The notes beneath the pieces were generated by a model. The model made no database searches. It was not told the DNA's origin and saw only the letters and a list, made by a program, of their open reading frames with translations. Shown here one piece after another: positions 19,517 through 30,812 of a stretch of DNA of 64,000 nt; position 1 is the stretch's first letter, and the number at the start of each line of letters is the position of its first letter. Origin of the DNA: Spirochaetales bacterium. GTDB taxonomy: Bacteria; Spirochaetota; Spirochaetia; JABEVK01. Location of the stretch: positions 1 through 64,000 of the forward strand of contig JBAXAI010000015.1 in NCBI GenBank assembly GCA_037142615.1, written 5' to 3'. Made by a program: the position numbers and the translations under genes.

Positions 19517-20575
19517 ATGAGTACCGTGAAACCCGCCCTGCACCGTCAAGCGTCTCTTGAGGCCGCTCTTCAACAGTATCTTTCGACGGGTCAACCCACC
19601 CTGCGGGCGCAAGCGCTGTCCGATGTCGAGCGCTTGACGCTCAACCCCGGGTGGCTTCTGGCGGCTCCTCAATTGACGGGTTCGCATCCGCTTCGCGGTG
19701 AAGCCCTTGTTATTGCTGACGCGTTCGAGGCCGTTACCAATGGAATGCAGACCCAGGAAGTGATGCAAGAGTTGGAGACACTCTCTCGTGATTCACTGTT
19801 TCAACCTTGGAAACACCTGGTCCTCGCAGTTCACTTCTTCTACGAACGCCTTGACGAGGCGGCCCTGGCCCACCTTGGTCGAGTTCCCGGCACCTCACCG
19901 TTGGCACCGCTCAAAGGCGCCCTCACAGCGATTCTCTCGTCTTCGGCTGCTACCCTGTCTCCCGCTTCGACGGCCTTGCACGACCAAATCCATATTCCCG
20001 ACCCGGAACTCACCGCCATGGCCCAACAACTCACCGATACCCTCGAGAGTGAGCAAGAAACCCAATTCTGGTCTGTGATGGCTGACTTTCTCGAGGACAC
20101 AGCCACCGGGGATGAACTCTTGGCAAAACGGGTGGCCTTGTGGGCTTGGAATCAGCTCTCGTGGCAGACGTTCGACGAAGCATCGCTTCTGGAACTGACG
20201 ACGGTTCTTTGGGGGAAAGCCGAGGCCTTCCGGCTGGCGGCCCTCGGCACCTTGTCCTGGGACGCGGAAGGTGCTTCGCTGCTGTGGGGGAAGTTCCTCA
20301 TCCATGGGTTGCGGGAGGAAGTCCTGTGTGGCGAGACGCTTGTTGAGGCTCATCAACTGGCTTCTGAGTTTCTGGCCGCAGCCCACGAGACCCAGGCCGT
20401 GCATGAAACTGACAGCCTATGGCTCGATACTTGGGAGGCTTTGCACCGTACCCTGACCTCCGAACTCCGGCTCCGGCGCCTTTCGTTGCCACCACTTTTC
20501 GAAGTAGAAGACCAAATGGACCCTGGTTTGGCACCCACACTGGCCCGGGGACAGCTCGACCTTTTTGCCTCCTGA
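19517..20575 (+). CDS. Hypothetical helical protein with C-terminal QLDLF motif
   Basis: 352-aa ORF, GAGGT RBS, downstream of the HD-GYP gene. Confidence 0.75.
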   Translation: MSTVKPALHRQASLEAALQQYLSTGQPTLRAQALSDVERLTLNPGWLLAAPQLTGSHPLRGEALVIADAFEAVTNGMQTQEVMQELETLSRDSLFQPWKHLVLAVHFFYERLDEAALAHLGRVPGTSPLAPLKGALTAILSSSAATLSPASTALHDQIHIPDPELTAMAQQLTDTLESEQETQFWSVMADFLEDTATGDELLAKRVALWAWNQLSWQTFDEASLLELTTVLWGKAEAFRLAALGTLSWDAEGASLLWGKFLIHGLREEVLCGETLVEAHQLASEFLAAAHETQAVHETDSLWLDTWEALHRTLTSELRLRRLSLPPLFEVEDQMDPGLAPTLARGQLDLFAS

Positions 20576-20582
20576 GGAAACC

Positions 20583-20783
20583 ATGCAGAACCACCAACGA
20601 TTGCTGTACGAGATTCATAACCCAGAAACCTTGCCGGAGCCCCGTAGGAGTCTTTTGAGCCCGAGCCCGCTGGCGCATTCCAAACACCTTCAGCAGGAGT
20701 TGCCTACCTTGAGGCGCCATGTTGGCCCAGGTCCTTGGTATGAATGGCTCGAAAAGGCCAACCCGTTGCCAAGCAGGTTCTGA
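20583..20783 (+). CDS. Small hypothetical protein (66 aa)
   Basis: GAGGA RBS before ATG 20583; followed by a terminator. Confidence 0.55.
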   Translation: MQNHQRLLYEIHNPETLPEPRRSLLSPSPLAHSKHLQQELPTLRRHVGPGPWYEWLEKANPLPSRF

Positions 20784-20787
20784 CAGG

Positions 20788-20815
20788 AAAAAGGCCACCC
20801 TCGCGGGTGGCCTTT
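20788..20815. terminator. Bidirectional rho-independent terminator
   Basis: AAAGGCCACC-CTCGCG-GGTGGCCTTT between convergent genes. Confidence 0.8.
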
Positions 20816-20852
20816 GTGCAAAAAACGACTGTTATCGAGGAGTGGGCCGAAA

Positions 20853-21812
20853 TCAGGCCTCGGCGGTCTCGCCCTCGGTGAGGATCTTCTTTTCCTTTTC
20901 CTTCGGAGGCTTGCCACCGGCGATGGCCACCATCAAGGGAGCAGCGATGAAGATTGACGAGTAAGTACCAATCACCACGCCGACGATCAGCGCCAAGGCG
21001 AAATCGTGGATGGCCCCCTGGGTGAAAACATACACCGCCACCATCGACAACAGAACGGTCAACGACGACACGATGGTCCGGCTCAGCGTCTGGGTGATCG
21101 CCATGTCGATAAGGTCGTACATGTTCATCGTCGGGGTGATGCGGATGTTCTCGCGGATCCGGTCGAACACCACAATCGTGTCGTTGAGCGAATACCCGAT
21201 GATGGTAAGGATGACCGCGATGGTAGCCGTAGTCACCTCCATCTGCACGGTGCCGATAAGTCCCAAGACCACGATGGGGTCGTGAACCAAGGCAATGATA
21301 GCCGCCAAGGCATAGGCGAACTTGAAACGAAACCAGATGTACAGAAGAATCACCAAAATGGCGGCCAACGCGATCCAAGTCGTCTGAACTACGAGTTCAC
21401 TCGACAAGCTCGGCCCTATGAACTCGGTCTGTTCCACTTTGACGCTGCCGGCGCCGAAGGTCTTCTCGAGAGCCACGGTGGCATTGCTCGAGAGCTTTTC
21501 CTGAAGGTTGGCTTCTTTGGCTTCTGTCTGCTTGGCCACGGCACGCAGTTGGAAGCGGTTCTCGGAGGCGACACCGATGGGTTGCACAGTAAAACTGTGC
21601 TCCGAGCCCTTAAGAGCCTCGCGAACCCTCTCGATGGTCACGTTCGAAGCCGTGATCTGCACCGATTCGCTCAGCCCGGGCTTGAAGTCGATTCCCAGGT
21701 TAAACCCACCCTCAAGAAACGTGCCCGCCCAAGACAGGATGATCATCGCAATGGACGCGCCGTACATCCAGTAGCGTAGGCGCGAAAACGGTATCGCTTT
21801 CTTAGTAAGCAT
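20853..21812 (-). CDS. secF: Protein translocase subunit SecF
   Basis: NLGIDFKPG, IGPSLSSEL, LVHD, IGYSLNDTIVVFDRIRE. Confidence 0.96.
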   Translation of the reverse strand: MLTKKAIPFSRLRYWMYGASIAMIILSWAGTFLEGGFNLGIDFKPGLSESVQITASNVTIERVREALKGSEHSFTVQPIGVASENRFQLRAVAKQTEAKEANLQEKLSSNATVALEKTFGAGSVKVEQTEFIGPSLSSELVVQTTWIALAAILVILLYIWFRFKFAYALAAIIALVHDPIVVLGLIGTVQMEVTTATIAVILTIIGYSLNDTIVVFDRIRENIRITPTMNMYDLIDMAITQTLSRTIVSSLTVLLSMVAVYVFTQGAIHDFALALIVGVVIGTYSSIFIAAPLMVAIAGGKPPKEKEKKILTEGETAEA

Positions 21813-23560
21813 CAGGCTTTCCTCCAGGCGATGCTGATCTTCTTGGTCTTGAGCACGTCGGTCTCAAAGTCGAAAATCAAGCGGGAAACAAACAGCGACG
21901 TGAACAGCGACGACACCAGGCCGATGGCCATCGTGACGGCGAAGCCCTGGACGGCGCCTTTGGAAAGGAACGACAGGAACAGCGAGGCGATGAGTGCCGT
22001 CACATGGGAGTCCATAATGGTCCAGAACGCCCGCTTGAAGCCGATGTCGATGGCCGTTGCCGGCGACTTGCCTGCCCAGTACTCTTCCTTGATGCGCTCA
22101 AAGATGATGACGTTGGCGTCGACGGTGATACCCACGGTGAGCACCAAACCAGCGATGCCCGTCAGTGTCAGGGTCATGTTGAACACACCCAAAACCGCGA
22201 TAACAATGAACATGTTGATGAGCAGGGCCACATTGGCGTTGATACCCGAGCCCTTGTAGTACACCAACATGAACCCGGCAACCAACAGCAACCCATACAG
22301 GATCGAATTGATCCCGGAGTTGATCGCGTCAGCGCCGAGGGAAGATCCAATGTTTGTGTAACTCTGGACGATCAGGTTGACAGGCAGGGCCCCGGTGCGA
22401 AGCGTCAGCGCAAGGTCCTGCGCGTCCTTGGCGGCGAAGCCCGTCACGCGGACCTGCCCACCCGGAATCGCCTCCGAGATCCGGGCGCCAGCGCGAATCT
22501 TGTCGTCGAGAACAACGGCCATGGTCTTGCCTACGTTGGCCGCCGTCATGGTACCGAAAAGCGACGCGCCCTCGGCATCGAGCTCGAAGTTGACGGTAGG
22601 CTGGTTCGAAACCGAGTCGCGACTGACAACCGCCTGCTTGATGTGGATACCGTCGAGCAAGAACTTGGCTTCGGTCTTCACGACCTGGCGGTTGGTAAAC
22701 TGGTCGATTCCGAAACGGTCGCGTTTGTAGTAGCTCTTGAGCTCAAGCCCGGCTGCCATCACTTCGGTTGGAATCCCCGTTACTTTATTTGTCACAGAGT
22801 CCACCGAAGAGGGGTTGGCGGCAATCCATTGGTTGACTGCCGAGGTGGCCTCATCGTCAACAATCGACAGGGACATCGAGCCCTTGCCGCGAAGGAAGGA
22901 GTTCACACGCTCAGGATCCACGTCGCCGGGCAGTTCCACAAAGATGCGGTCTCCGCCCGATTCGCGCTTGATCACCGGTTCCGCCACGCCAAAGGTGTCG
23001 ATCCGGCTCTTGAGAACTTCGATGGCGCGGGTGACCGCGTCTTCCTTGTCTTGGGCCGACAACGTGGTCACGCCTTTCTTCTGCGCCAAAGCGTCGAGGT
23101 CAGCCTTGATGACAACGCTCATACCCCCCGAGAGGTCGAGGCCCAACTGCATGATCTTGCCCTTGGAGTCTTTCACTGCGCTGATTTCGGCGCGGTAGTG
23201 TTCTTCGAGCTGATACAGAAAGTCCTTCTCGGTCGTAAAGGCCTTGAACACGTCGCTGACCGTCCAGTTGGAAGGCTCGGTCATTTTGGCGACGCTATAG
23301 TTCTGCTTGACGATTGGCAGGACGAACTGAAGGTCGGACGGGAGCGGTGAACTCGCGTCCTTGGCAAACAGGTCCTTCAGAACTCCGAGTTTGGTCTTGG
23401 CCTGCTGAAGCGCGTAGTCGCGAATCTGCTCAAGCGACCCGGCAGCCAGTTCCTTCTTGTCCTTGGGCGTCCAGAAATACCAAGAAAGGGTGGGATACAG
23501 AAACCATCCGCTCACTGCGAGCAGCAGCAGGATAGTGAACAGTCGAAAGCGTTTTGTCAT
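21812..23560 (-). CDS. secD: Protein translocase subunit SecD
   Basis: LGLDLSGG, RIDTFGVAEP, LRTGALP, VDANVIIFERIKEE. Confidence 0.96.
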   Translation of the reverse strand: MTKRFRLFTILLLLAVSGWFLYPTLSWYFWTPKDKKELAAGSLEQIRDYALQQAKTKLGVLKDLFAKDASSPLPSDLQFVLPIVKQNYSVAKMTEPSNWTVSDVFKAFTTEKDFLYQLEEHYRAEISAVKDSKGKIMQLGLDLSGGMSVVIKADLDALAQKKGVTTLSAQDKEDAVTRAIEVLKSRIDTFGVAEPVIKRESGGDRIFVELPGDVDPERVNSFLRGKGSMSLSIVDDEATSAVNQWIAANPSSVDSVTNKVTGIPTEVMAAGLELKSYYKRDRFGIDQFTNRQVVKTEAKFLLDGIHIKQAVVSRDSVSNQPTVNFELDAEGASLFGTMTAANVGKTMAVVLDDKIRAGARISEAIPGGQVRVTGFAAKDAQDLALTLRTGALPVNLIVQSYTNIGSSLGADAINSGINSILYGLLLVAGFMLVYYKGSGINANVALLINMFIVIAVLGVFNMTLTLTGIAGLVLTVGITVDANVIIFERIKEEYWAGKSPATAIDIGFKRAFWTIMDSHVTALIASLFLSFLSKGAVQGFAVTMAIGLVSSLFTSLFVSRLIFDFETDVLKTKKISIAWRKA

Positions 23561-23581
23561 GACCTCATCTCCGGAGGGGGA

Positions 23582-23986
23582 TTATTTCTTTTCTTCCGAA
23601 GCGGAGTCGGCAACCTTGGCAGGCTTCTTCTTCTCTTCTTTGGGTTCTTTCTTGGCGACGGGAGGGTTAACCAGGCCGGCAATGGAGCTCTTGTTGAACT
23701 CGAGGGTGGTGGTGGAACCTTCATCAACCTTAAGAGTCACCGTGGACTTTTCTTCGTTGATCGACTGAACGACGCCGTGCATGCCACCGATGGTGTACAC
23801 CTTGTCGCCTTTCTTGACGCCCTTGAGCAGGTTGTCGAGATCCTTCTGCTTCTTGTTCTGGGGGCGAATGATCAGAAAGTAGAAAATCAGGATGACGAGG
23901 CCGAACGTGACGCCGGTCATCAATAGGCTATTGCTGTCGGAGCCGGCAGCCTGCAGGAAAGTCAGCGCGGAAATCAGTGAATCCAT
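23582..23986 (-). CDS. yajC: Preprotein translocase subunit YajC
   Basis: FYFLIIRPQNKKQK, KKGDKVYTIGGMHG. Confidence 0.95.
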   Translation of the reverse strand: MDSLISALTFLQAAGSDSNSLLMTGVTFGLVILIFYFLIIRPQNKKQKDLDNLLKGVKKGDKVYTIGGMHGVVQSINEEKSTVTLKVDEGSTTTLEFNKSSIAGLVNPPVAKKEPKEEKKKPAKVADSASEEKK

Positions 23987-24064
23987 GGTTGTTCCTTGAG
24001 GGGAAAGGGTTTTGTACGAATCAGGAGATTAACAGAGAACCCCGTCACAGTCAAGAACAGCGGT

Positions 24065-24358
24065 TTACAAGAACGAGGTCCGCTGGATGTTCTTGAAGAC
24101 TTCGCCGACACCCAAGGTCCGTTGGAACGCATCGACATCGCGCAACACCGTTCCAGTCTTCTTTTCATACTCACCCTTGAGCCAGAGAATGTCCTCGTCG
24201 CTGTTGGCGAACAGGGCACTGGCCAGCGCAGGCTTGAACAAGCCTTGGGCAAAAAGCTCACGGGTACCCAGGCGGTTGAACCTAGACTCGAGCTTGCGAT
24301 CGACAATCGCGGTGCCGCCGTTGTAGCCAACACAGAAGACAAAAGCGTTTCTCGTCAT
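24065..24358 (-). CDS. Hypothetical protein (97 aa)
   Basis: ORF starting MTRNAFVFCVGYNGGTAIVD; promoter-like TTGATC-17-TTCAAT just upstream. Confidence 0.7.
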   Translation of the reverse strand: MTRNAFVFCVGYNGGTAIVDRKLESRFNRLGTRELFAQGLFKPALASALFANSDEDILWLKGEYEKKTGTVLRDVDAFQRTLGVGEVFKNIQRTSFL

Positions 24359-24502
24359 GGGGCTATTGAAGCACAAAACCGGGGGGTGATCAACGGGCAC
24401 CGAATCGGGGTCCTTGCAGAGAGGGGGGCGACGTTCCGCAAGCCTGCGTATTGCTCCAGTCGCGCACTTCGGCCTTGGTGCGGTTGGGCCTTGCCAGATC
24501 CG

Positions 24503-24826
24503 TTAACTTGTCGCGGTTGGTACTTCGGGCGCTGGCGTGTTGCGGGACGACTCGGCGGGGGCGAGGTTGGTGATCAGGCAGCGCTCGACTTCGGCGGGGT
24601 TGAAAGCTTCGCCTGGCTTGGGAGTCAAGCGGAGGCTCACGAGGGTGCCAGTGGCGCTCAGGTCAAACTGGGCCAGTTTGTCGTACTCGGTGGTCTTGCA
24701 GTCGCAGGTGCCGTTCTGGCAGCGCTCGAACCGTTCGAGGACCATACCTTGCTGGTCGGCCGGCACCTGGAGCTGAATATCCAGCCCGCCCTCGGGGAGC
24801 GTCTGGATGCGGATGGAATTCTTCAT
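24503..24826 (-). CDS. Hypothetical Cys-rich small protein
   Basis: 107 aa with CQNGTCDC and a fourth Cys; TTGCAC-17-TACTTT 6 nt before the ATG. Confidence 0.7.
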   Translation of the reverse strand: MKNSIRIQTLPEGGLDIQLQVPADQQGMVLERFERCQNGTCDCKTTEYDKLAQFDLSATGTLVSLRLTPKPGEAFNPAEVERCLITNLAPAESSRNTPAPEVPTATS

Positions 24827-24884
24827 ACGGATAAAGTACGTCACGCCGAGTGTATGTGCAAGCGAAGCGTTGCACCACAAGGGC

Positions 24885-24908
24885 AAAAAAAAGAGCCCCG
24901 AAGGGCTC
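24885..24908 (-). terminator. groEL terminator
   Basis: GAGCCC-TTCG-GGGCTC followed by T8 on the minus strand. Confidence 0.85.
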
Positions 24909-24985
24909 CGTGGGGAACCATGAAAAATGGGGCGAGGTTTGGCACAGCCAAACCAATGCCTAGCGTGATGGCCCTGCGTGGGCCG

Positions 24986-25112
24986 GTCAAGCGACGGAGC
25001 CTGGGATGCATCCGCGAAGGACAGCCGAGGGAACCGCCCGGAGCGTACTGGAAGTACGCGAGGACGGATTCCCGACAGCTGGACGAGCGGTGCGCCCAGG
25101 ATCCTAGCTTGA

Positions 25113-25113
<1 letters not shown>
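24986..25113. repeat. 128-nt imperfect long palindrome (REP/MITE-like or structured RNA)
   Basis: Nested pairs GTCAAGC/GCTTGAC, CCTGGG/CCCAGG, CCGC/GCGG, CAGC/GCTG, GGGAA/TTCCC, GCGTAC/GTACGC. Confidence 0.65.
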
Positions 25114-26771
<1,658 letters not shown>

Positions 26772-26919
26772 TCAAATAAGTAGGATATAGGATTCTTTGG
26801 GGAAAGCGTCCGGATACACCGGCTTACTTTCCTACAAGATACCCAATTCCGCCCCGGCGGTAAAGGGTTTTGTGCGAAAATCCTTGACTAAAGGCCGACG
26901 ACTGGCACAAGAATCGAGT

Positions 26920-28521
26920 ATGACCACCGTGGGAAAGAACCAGAATTTCGTCCTGTTCGACCTATCGACCCTCGATACGGCCACGGCATCGGGCTTTCTG
27001 GCAGAGTTAGCCTCGCGGACCGACTCCCGGTCGGTCAGTTTCCCCGGTCCTTGCCATTGGATTGTCTCTCCGGTGCGGAGCCTGGACCTTTTGAGCGCGC
27101 GCGGACCCGGGCCTGACTTCCTGCGGGAGCGCCTCAACCACGGCGACCCGCTTTTTTGCAGTCACCCTTCGGGGCTGGCCTGGCAGGGGCTGTTCCCGAT
27201 GGAGGCCGAGCAGGAGTTCCGTGCCCTGACGGCGCTGATCTCGCGCGAAACCCAGCTGTTTCTTGCCGAGAGCGGCGCCCCTCCCCCCTGGATGCACAGG
27301 CTGTCGAAGCCAGTCTTCCGTCCGACTGCCAATGGCCTGTGTGTGCATTTTGGCAACGACCAATGGCTGGTTCCTTGGGGTCCCGGCCGTCCGGGCGAAG
27401 TTTCCAGCCACCGACGGGGTGTCTGCTGGATTGTTCCGGGACAGGCTCTTGTCGCACCCTTGCCGGCGGCTCCTTGGGCCGATCTGACCCTACTGCGGCC
27501 CGCGCATGTCGGGCGCAAGGCTCCGGCCGTGCTCCGGTCGGTGTCGGCGCACACCTTTTCGCCGAAGGCAAAATTGGTGTTGAGTCGCATCTCGGAACTT
27601 CGCCGCTCGGGGGGCAACAGCCCGCTCCATCAGGCAATTCTTTTCCACACCCAAGAGTACCCGGGGTTGGGAACCCGCGAAGCGGTCGACTTCGACGCCT
27701 CGCTGGGAGGTATCCGCAAACGGGCGCTTGTCGCCAACATGCAGGGTGTGACCGACTTTCAGGAGTCGGGTCTCAAGGTTCGTTTTCAGGGCGGACGGCT
27801 GGTTCGCATCGAAGACAGCGTGCGAAAAGAAATCCTGTGCCATGGTGCCGAAAGTTCCATGACCTGGAACGGACGAAAGCATCCGTTTGTGACCAACAGC
27901 GCGTTTTCGTTTGAGGGAGACTTCTCGTGGGGGCTCAGGCAGAGTCTGGTGCTCGATCACGAAGACTTGTCCGAACCGGGCCGACTGATTCTCGACTTTT
28001 TCTTTGTGGAAGAGAGCCGGGAGTTCTTTGTCGCTGCCACGGTGCGCTGGCCCAAGTGGAAGCAGACGACCACGGTGCAGGAATGGGCGCCGCTGAAGCT
28101 CGAAATGCTCGGTCCCTCGGCAACCGAAGCTCTGGGCACTCGGGTTCTGTGGCCCGACGGCCGTTCACAGGACGAATTGCACCGCAAGGGCCCGCGTCAG
28201 GGCATCCTTTGCGGCACAGACTTCGTGTTTGGTCTCGGAAAGACGGGCCTTGTGCTCGGTTTTCCCCAGAACCAAAGCCCCAGGCCGCACTACCTTCCCT
28301 GGCGTGTGGAACGGAGTTGGCGAGGCAAGAGGCTGTTCCTCAATCCTGAAGGGGGCGATTCCGCCCGTCCCAGCAGTGAGTTCGAAGGCGTCGAGGAGCA
28401 TTTTCACTTCTACCTCAACCGGTCCGAAGGCGCGAAACTGCCGTTCTCGGTCACGCGCAAGCAGGCCACCGAGCTCATTCCACCGTACGTCATCGACTCG
28501 GCACCGATACCTGAGTCTTGA
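26920..28521 (+). CDS. Hypothetical protein (533 aa)
   Basis: Long ORF divergent from groEL; beta-rich C-terminal half; no family recognised. Confidence 0.7.
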   Translation: MTTVGKNQNFVLFDLSTLDTATASGFLAELASRTDSRSVSFPGPCHWIVSPVRSLDLLSARGPGPDFLRERLNHGDPLFCSHPSGLAWQGLFPMEAEQEFRALTALISRETQLFLAESGAPPPWMHRLSKPVFRPTANGLCVHFGNDQWLVPWGPGRPGEVSSHRRGVCWIVPGQALVAPLPAAPWADLTLLRPAHVGRKAPAVLRSVSAHTFSPKAKLVLSRISELRRSGGNSPLHQAILFHTQEYPGLGTREAVDFDASLGGIRKRALVANMQGVTDFQESGLKVRFQGGRLVRIEDSVRKEILCHGAESSMTWNGRKHPFVTNSAFSFEGDFSWGLRQSLVLDHEDLSEPGRLILDFFFVEESREFFVAATVRWPKWKQTTTVQEWAPLKLEMLGPSATEALGTRVLWPDGRSQDELHRKGPRQGILCGTDFVFGLGKTGLVLGFPQNQSPRPHYLPWRVERSWRGKRLFLNPEGGDSARPSSEFEGVEEHFHFYLNRSEGAKLPFSVTRKQATELIPPYVIDSAPIPES

Positions 28522-28595
28522 CGCCACAACGACTTTTCCCTATGATCGTCGGGTTGCCTCCGTAAGGGGGGCTGTAGTTTTTCCGAGGAGTATCC

Positions 28596-29222
28596 ATGAA
28601 CAGGAACCGCAAGAATGTCCCCAAGGGCAAGATTGTCCGTCACCTGGGCATCAACATCTTCGAACAGCCCAAGTACGACAAGCTGCTCAAGAAGAAGCCC
28701 CACGCGCCCGGCATGCATGGGCCCAAGAAGAAGCGGACCAAGCAAACCGAGTACGGCAAGCAACTGGTCGAAAAGCAGAAGCTGAAGTTCGCCTACGGTG
28801 TTTCCGAACGCCAGATCCGCAACATTTTCGAAAAGGCCAAGACGATGCCCGGTATCACCGGTGACTCGATGATGAGCCTTCTGGAACGACGCCTTGACAA
28901 CGTCATCTTCCGCTTGGGTCTCGCGACTTCGCGCACCCAGGCCCGGCAGATGGTGGGTCACGGTCACTTCCATGTCAACGGACGTCTGGTAAACATTCCT
29001 TCCTACAGCGTCAGAGGCGGCGACGTCATTACCGTGAAAGACCGGGAAAGCGTCAAGAAACTGGTGCGCGATCAGTATGCCAAGCATTCTGGCAAGGCTA
29101 AGAGCACCTGGATGAATTTTGCGGAAGACGCACTGCGAGCGATCGTAGACCACATTCCGCGCCGGGAAGAGATTCCCACGATTGCCAACGAACAGATGGT
29201 GATCGAACTCTACGCCAAGTAA
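28596..29222 (+). CDS. rpsD: 30S ribosomal protein S4
   Basis: PGMHG, EYGKQLVEKQKLK, LERRLDNVIFRLG, QARQMVGHGH, VNIPSY. Confidence 0.98.
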   Translation: MNRNRKNVPKGKIVRHLGINIFEQPKYDKLLKKKPHAPGMHGPKKKRTKQTEYGKQLVEKQKLKFAYGVSERQIRNIFEKAKTMPGITGDSMMSLLERRLDNVIFRLGLATSRTQARQMVGHGHFHVNGRLVNIPSYSVRGGDVITVKDRESVKKLVRDQYAKHSGKAKSTWMNFAEDALRAIVDHIPRREEIPTIANEQMVIELYAK

Positions 29223-29250
29223 GAACTTCGGTTCGACTGGTTACGAGCAG

Positions 29251-29340
29251 AAAGCCGGCTTCGACGCCGTAAAACAGACTTGCCTCCGCCGGGCAATGGA
29301 TGTTCCCTGGAAACAGGTTGTTGTCGGATGCCGGCTTTTT
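29251..29340 (+). other. Structured element or extended terminator downstream of rpsD
   Basis: AAAGCCGGC/GCCGGCTTT outer stem enclosing TTGCC/GGCAA and CCTG-GAAA-CAGG hairpins, then a T-run. Confidence 0.5.
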
Positions 29341-29354
29341 GATTTTCTTTCAAC

Positions 29355-30792
29355 TCAGACTGGCGAGGGAACCGGGTTCGAGGCCAAGGAATAGACCCGC
29401 AGCGATTGCTTTCGTCCCTTGACGGTCTCCTCGGAAACAAAGGTGAACACAAACTCACTGCGAAACTCTTCTGCCAGCCCGTCGATCGTCTCTTCCGAGA
29501 CAAGAATGTCGACCATGAACTTTTTGGTGAGGCCTTCCAGCCGGCTGGACGTGTTGACGGTGTCGCTGATCACGGTCGAGTCCATGCGCCGGTTCTCACC
29601 GATGGTGCCCAGCATGAGGGGGCCGCGGTGCAGGCCTATGCCCATGCGGATCGGAGGGTAGCTCGACAAAGCGCGGTGCTCGTTGTACTCCCTGAGGGCC
29701 GTTCGCATATCCAGAGCGGCGCAGGCACGAATTGATGAACTGAAAATTATCGCGGGGACTCATGGACTCGGAAAGCGTGGTGAAGTCGCGGATGTCTGCA
29801 AACATCACGACCATGGGTCGTTCTGAGAAATCGCCGAGCTCGATGTCAACGATGCTGGCTGTAGCGCTCAGAGTCGGCAAAAGCCGAGGTGAACTTCTTG
29901 AGCATGACCAAGGACTGGAACACGAGAAAGGCCAACAGCCCCACCGAGGACAAATACGGCGTCGGAATGAAGTAGTTGGTCTTCAGGATGTCGTTGACAA
30001 CGGTGGCAAAGAACAGCAGAAACCCGCTGAGAAAGAGCGCCGCCCCGGCGAGTTTGCGCACCAAAGCCAACACCAAAACGACGACGACCACGATTCCGAG
30101 CCCACCGACGTACAGCTGAAACCAGGGCAGAGCCGGAGTGTACCAGGCTGTGGGCAACAGCAGATTGGCGAGACTGTAGCCCCCGGCCCCTACGTAAGCG
30201 AAAGGCCGGAACCAGCGCGGCGTCACCTGCGGAAAGAGGTCACGGATAAACAGCGCGAAAAAGAGCGCCGTCGCGCTGAACGTGAGATAGCCGAGCTTCA
30301 TGGCAGGCTCCCAACCGAGCCAGGGCAGAAGGTCTGCCAAAAAGGCTGACCCGTAAACGAGACCCCGGGTGGCCAGCAGGATGGAAATGATACCGAACCA
30401 CAAGGGGGTCACATCGCTCCGTCGGTAGGCCCAAAGTCCCAAATGGTAGATTCCCATGATGAACAAACAACCGAAGAGAAACACGTTGAGCGTCACGTCG
30501 GCCGAACGAGCGGAGAGCAACTGCGCATAGTCGCCCACATGGAACGACTCGGTGAGCCCGGCGTTGATGTCGCCGAAGCTTGCGACGCGGATCTCGAGCA
30601 AGTTGTCTCCCGCTTCGGTGTCGAGGTCGACGACGCCAGTTCGGCGGGCCGGCTCGTAGGCTTCCGGGGTCCAGCTTCCCGTTCGCCAAACCGTCCGGCC
30701 GTTCCAGAGCACTTCCGAGGCCGAGTTAATCAGCGGTACCGACAGCGCAAGGCGAGGAGGCGGGTCGTCGCATAGCTTCCATTTTCAGTCAT
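29355..30792 (-). pseudogene. 7TM-DISM receptor adenylate cyclase, broken by at least three out-of-frame junctions
   Basis: Four collinear pieces: MTENGSYAT; PRLALSVPLINSA...7TM...ERYSQH; SIVDIELG...FADIRDFT...INSCLRR; AALDMRTAL...GIGLHRG...SDTVNTSSRLE...VKGR. The DKxxGD segment is absent. Confidence 0.88.
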
Positions 30793-30812
30793 CCTCGCCT
30801 AATGTGCAAACT

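Noticed and set aside
24400-24500. Possible additional gene relic
   Set aside because: A short coding-like stretch, but no recognisable motif.
29251-29340. SRP RNA, 6S RNA or hammerhead ribozyme
   Set aside because: No SRP GGAAGCAGC motif, too short for 6S, no CUGAnGA core. Kept only as an unknown structured element.
29355-29880. Programmed frameshifting producing a functional cyclase
   Set aside because: Catalytic sequence is physically absent, so recoding could not restore it.
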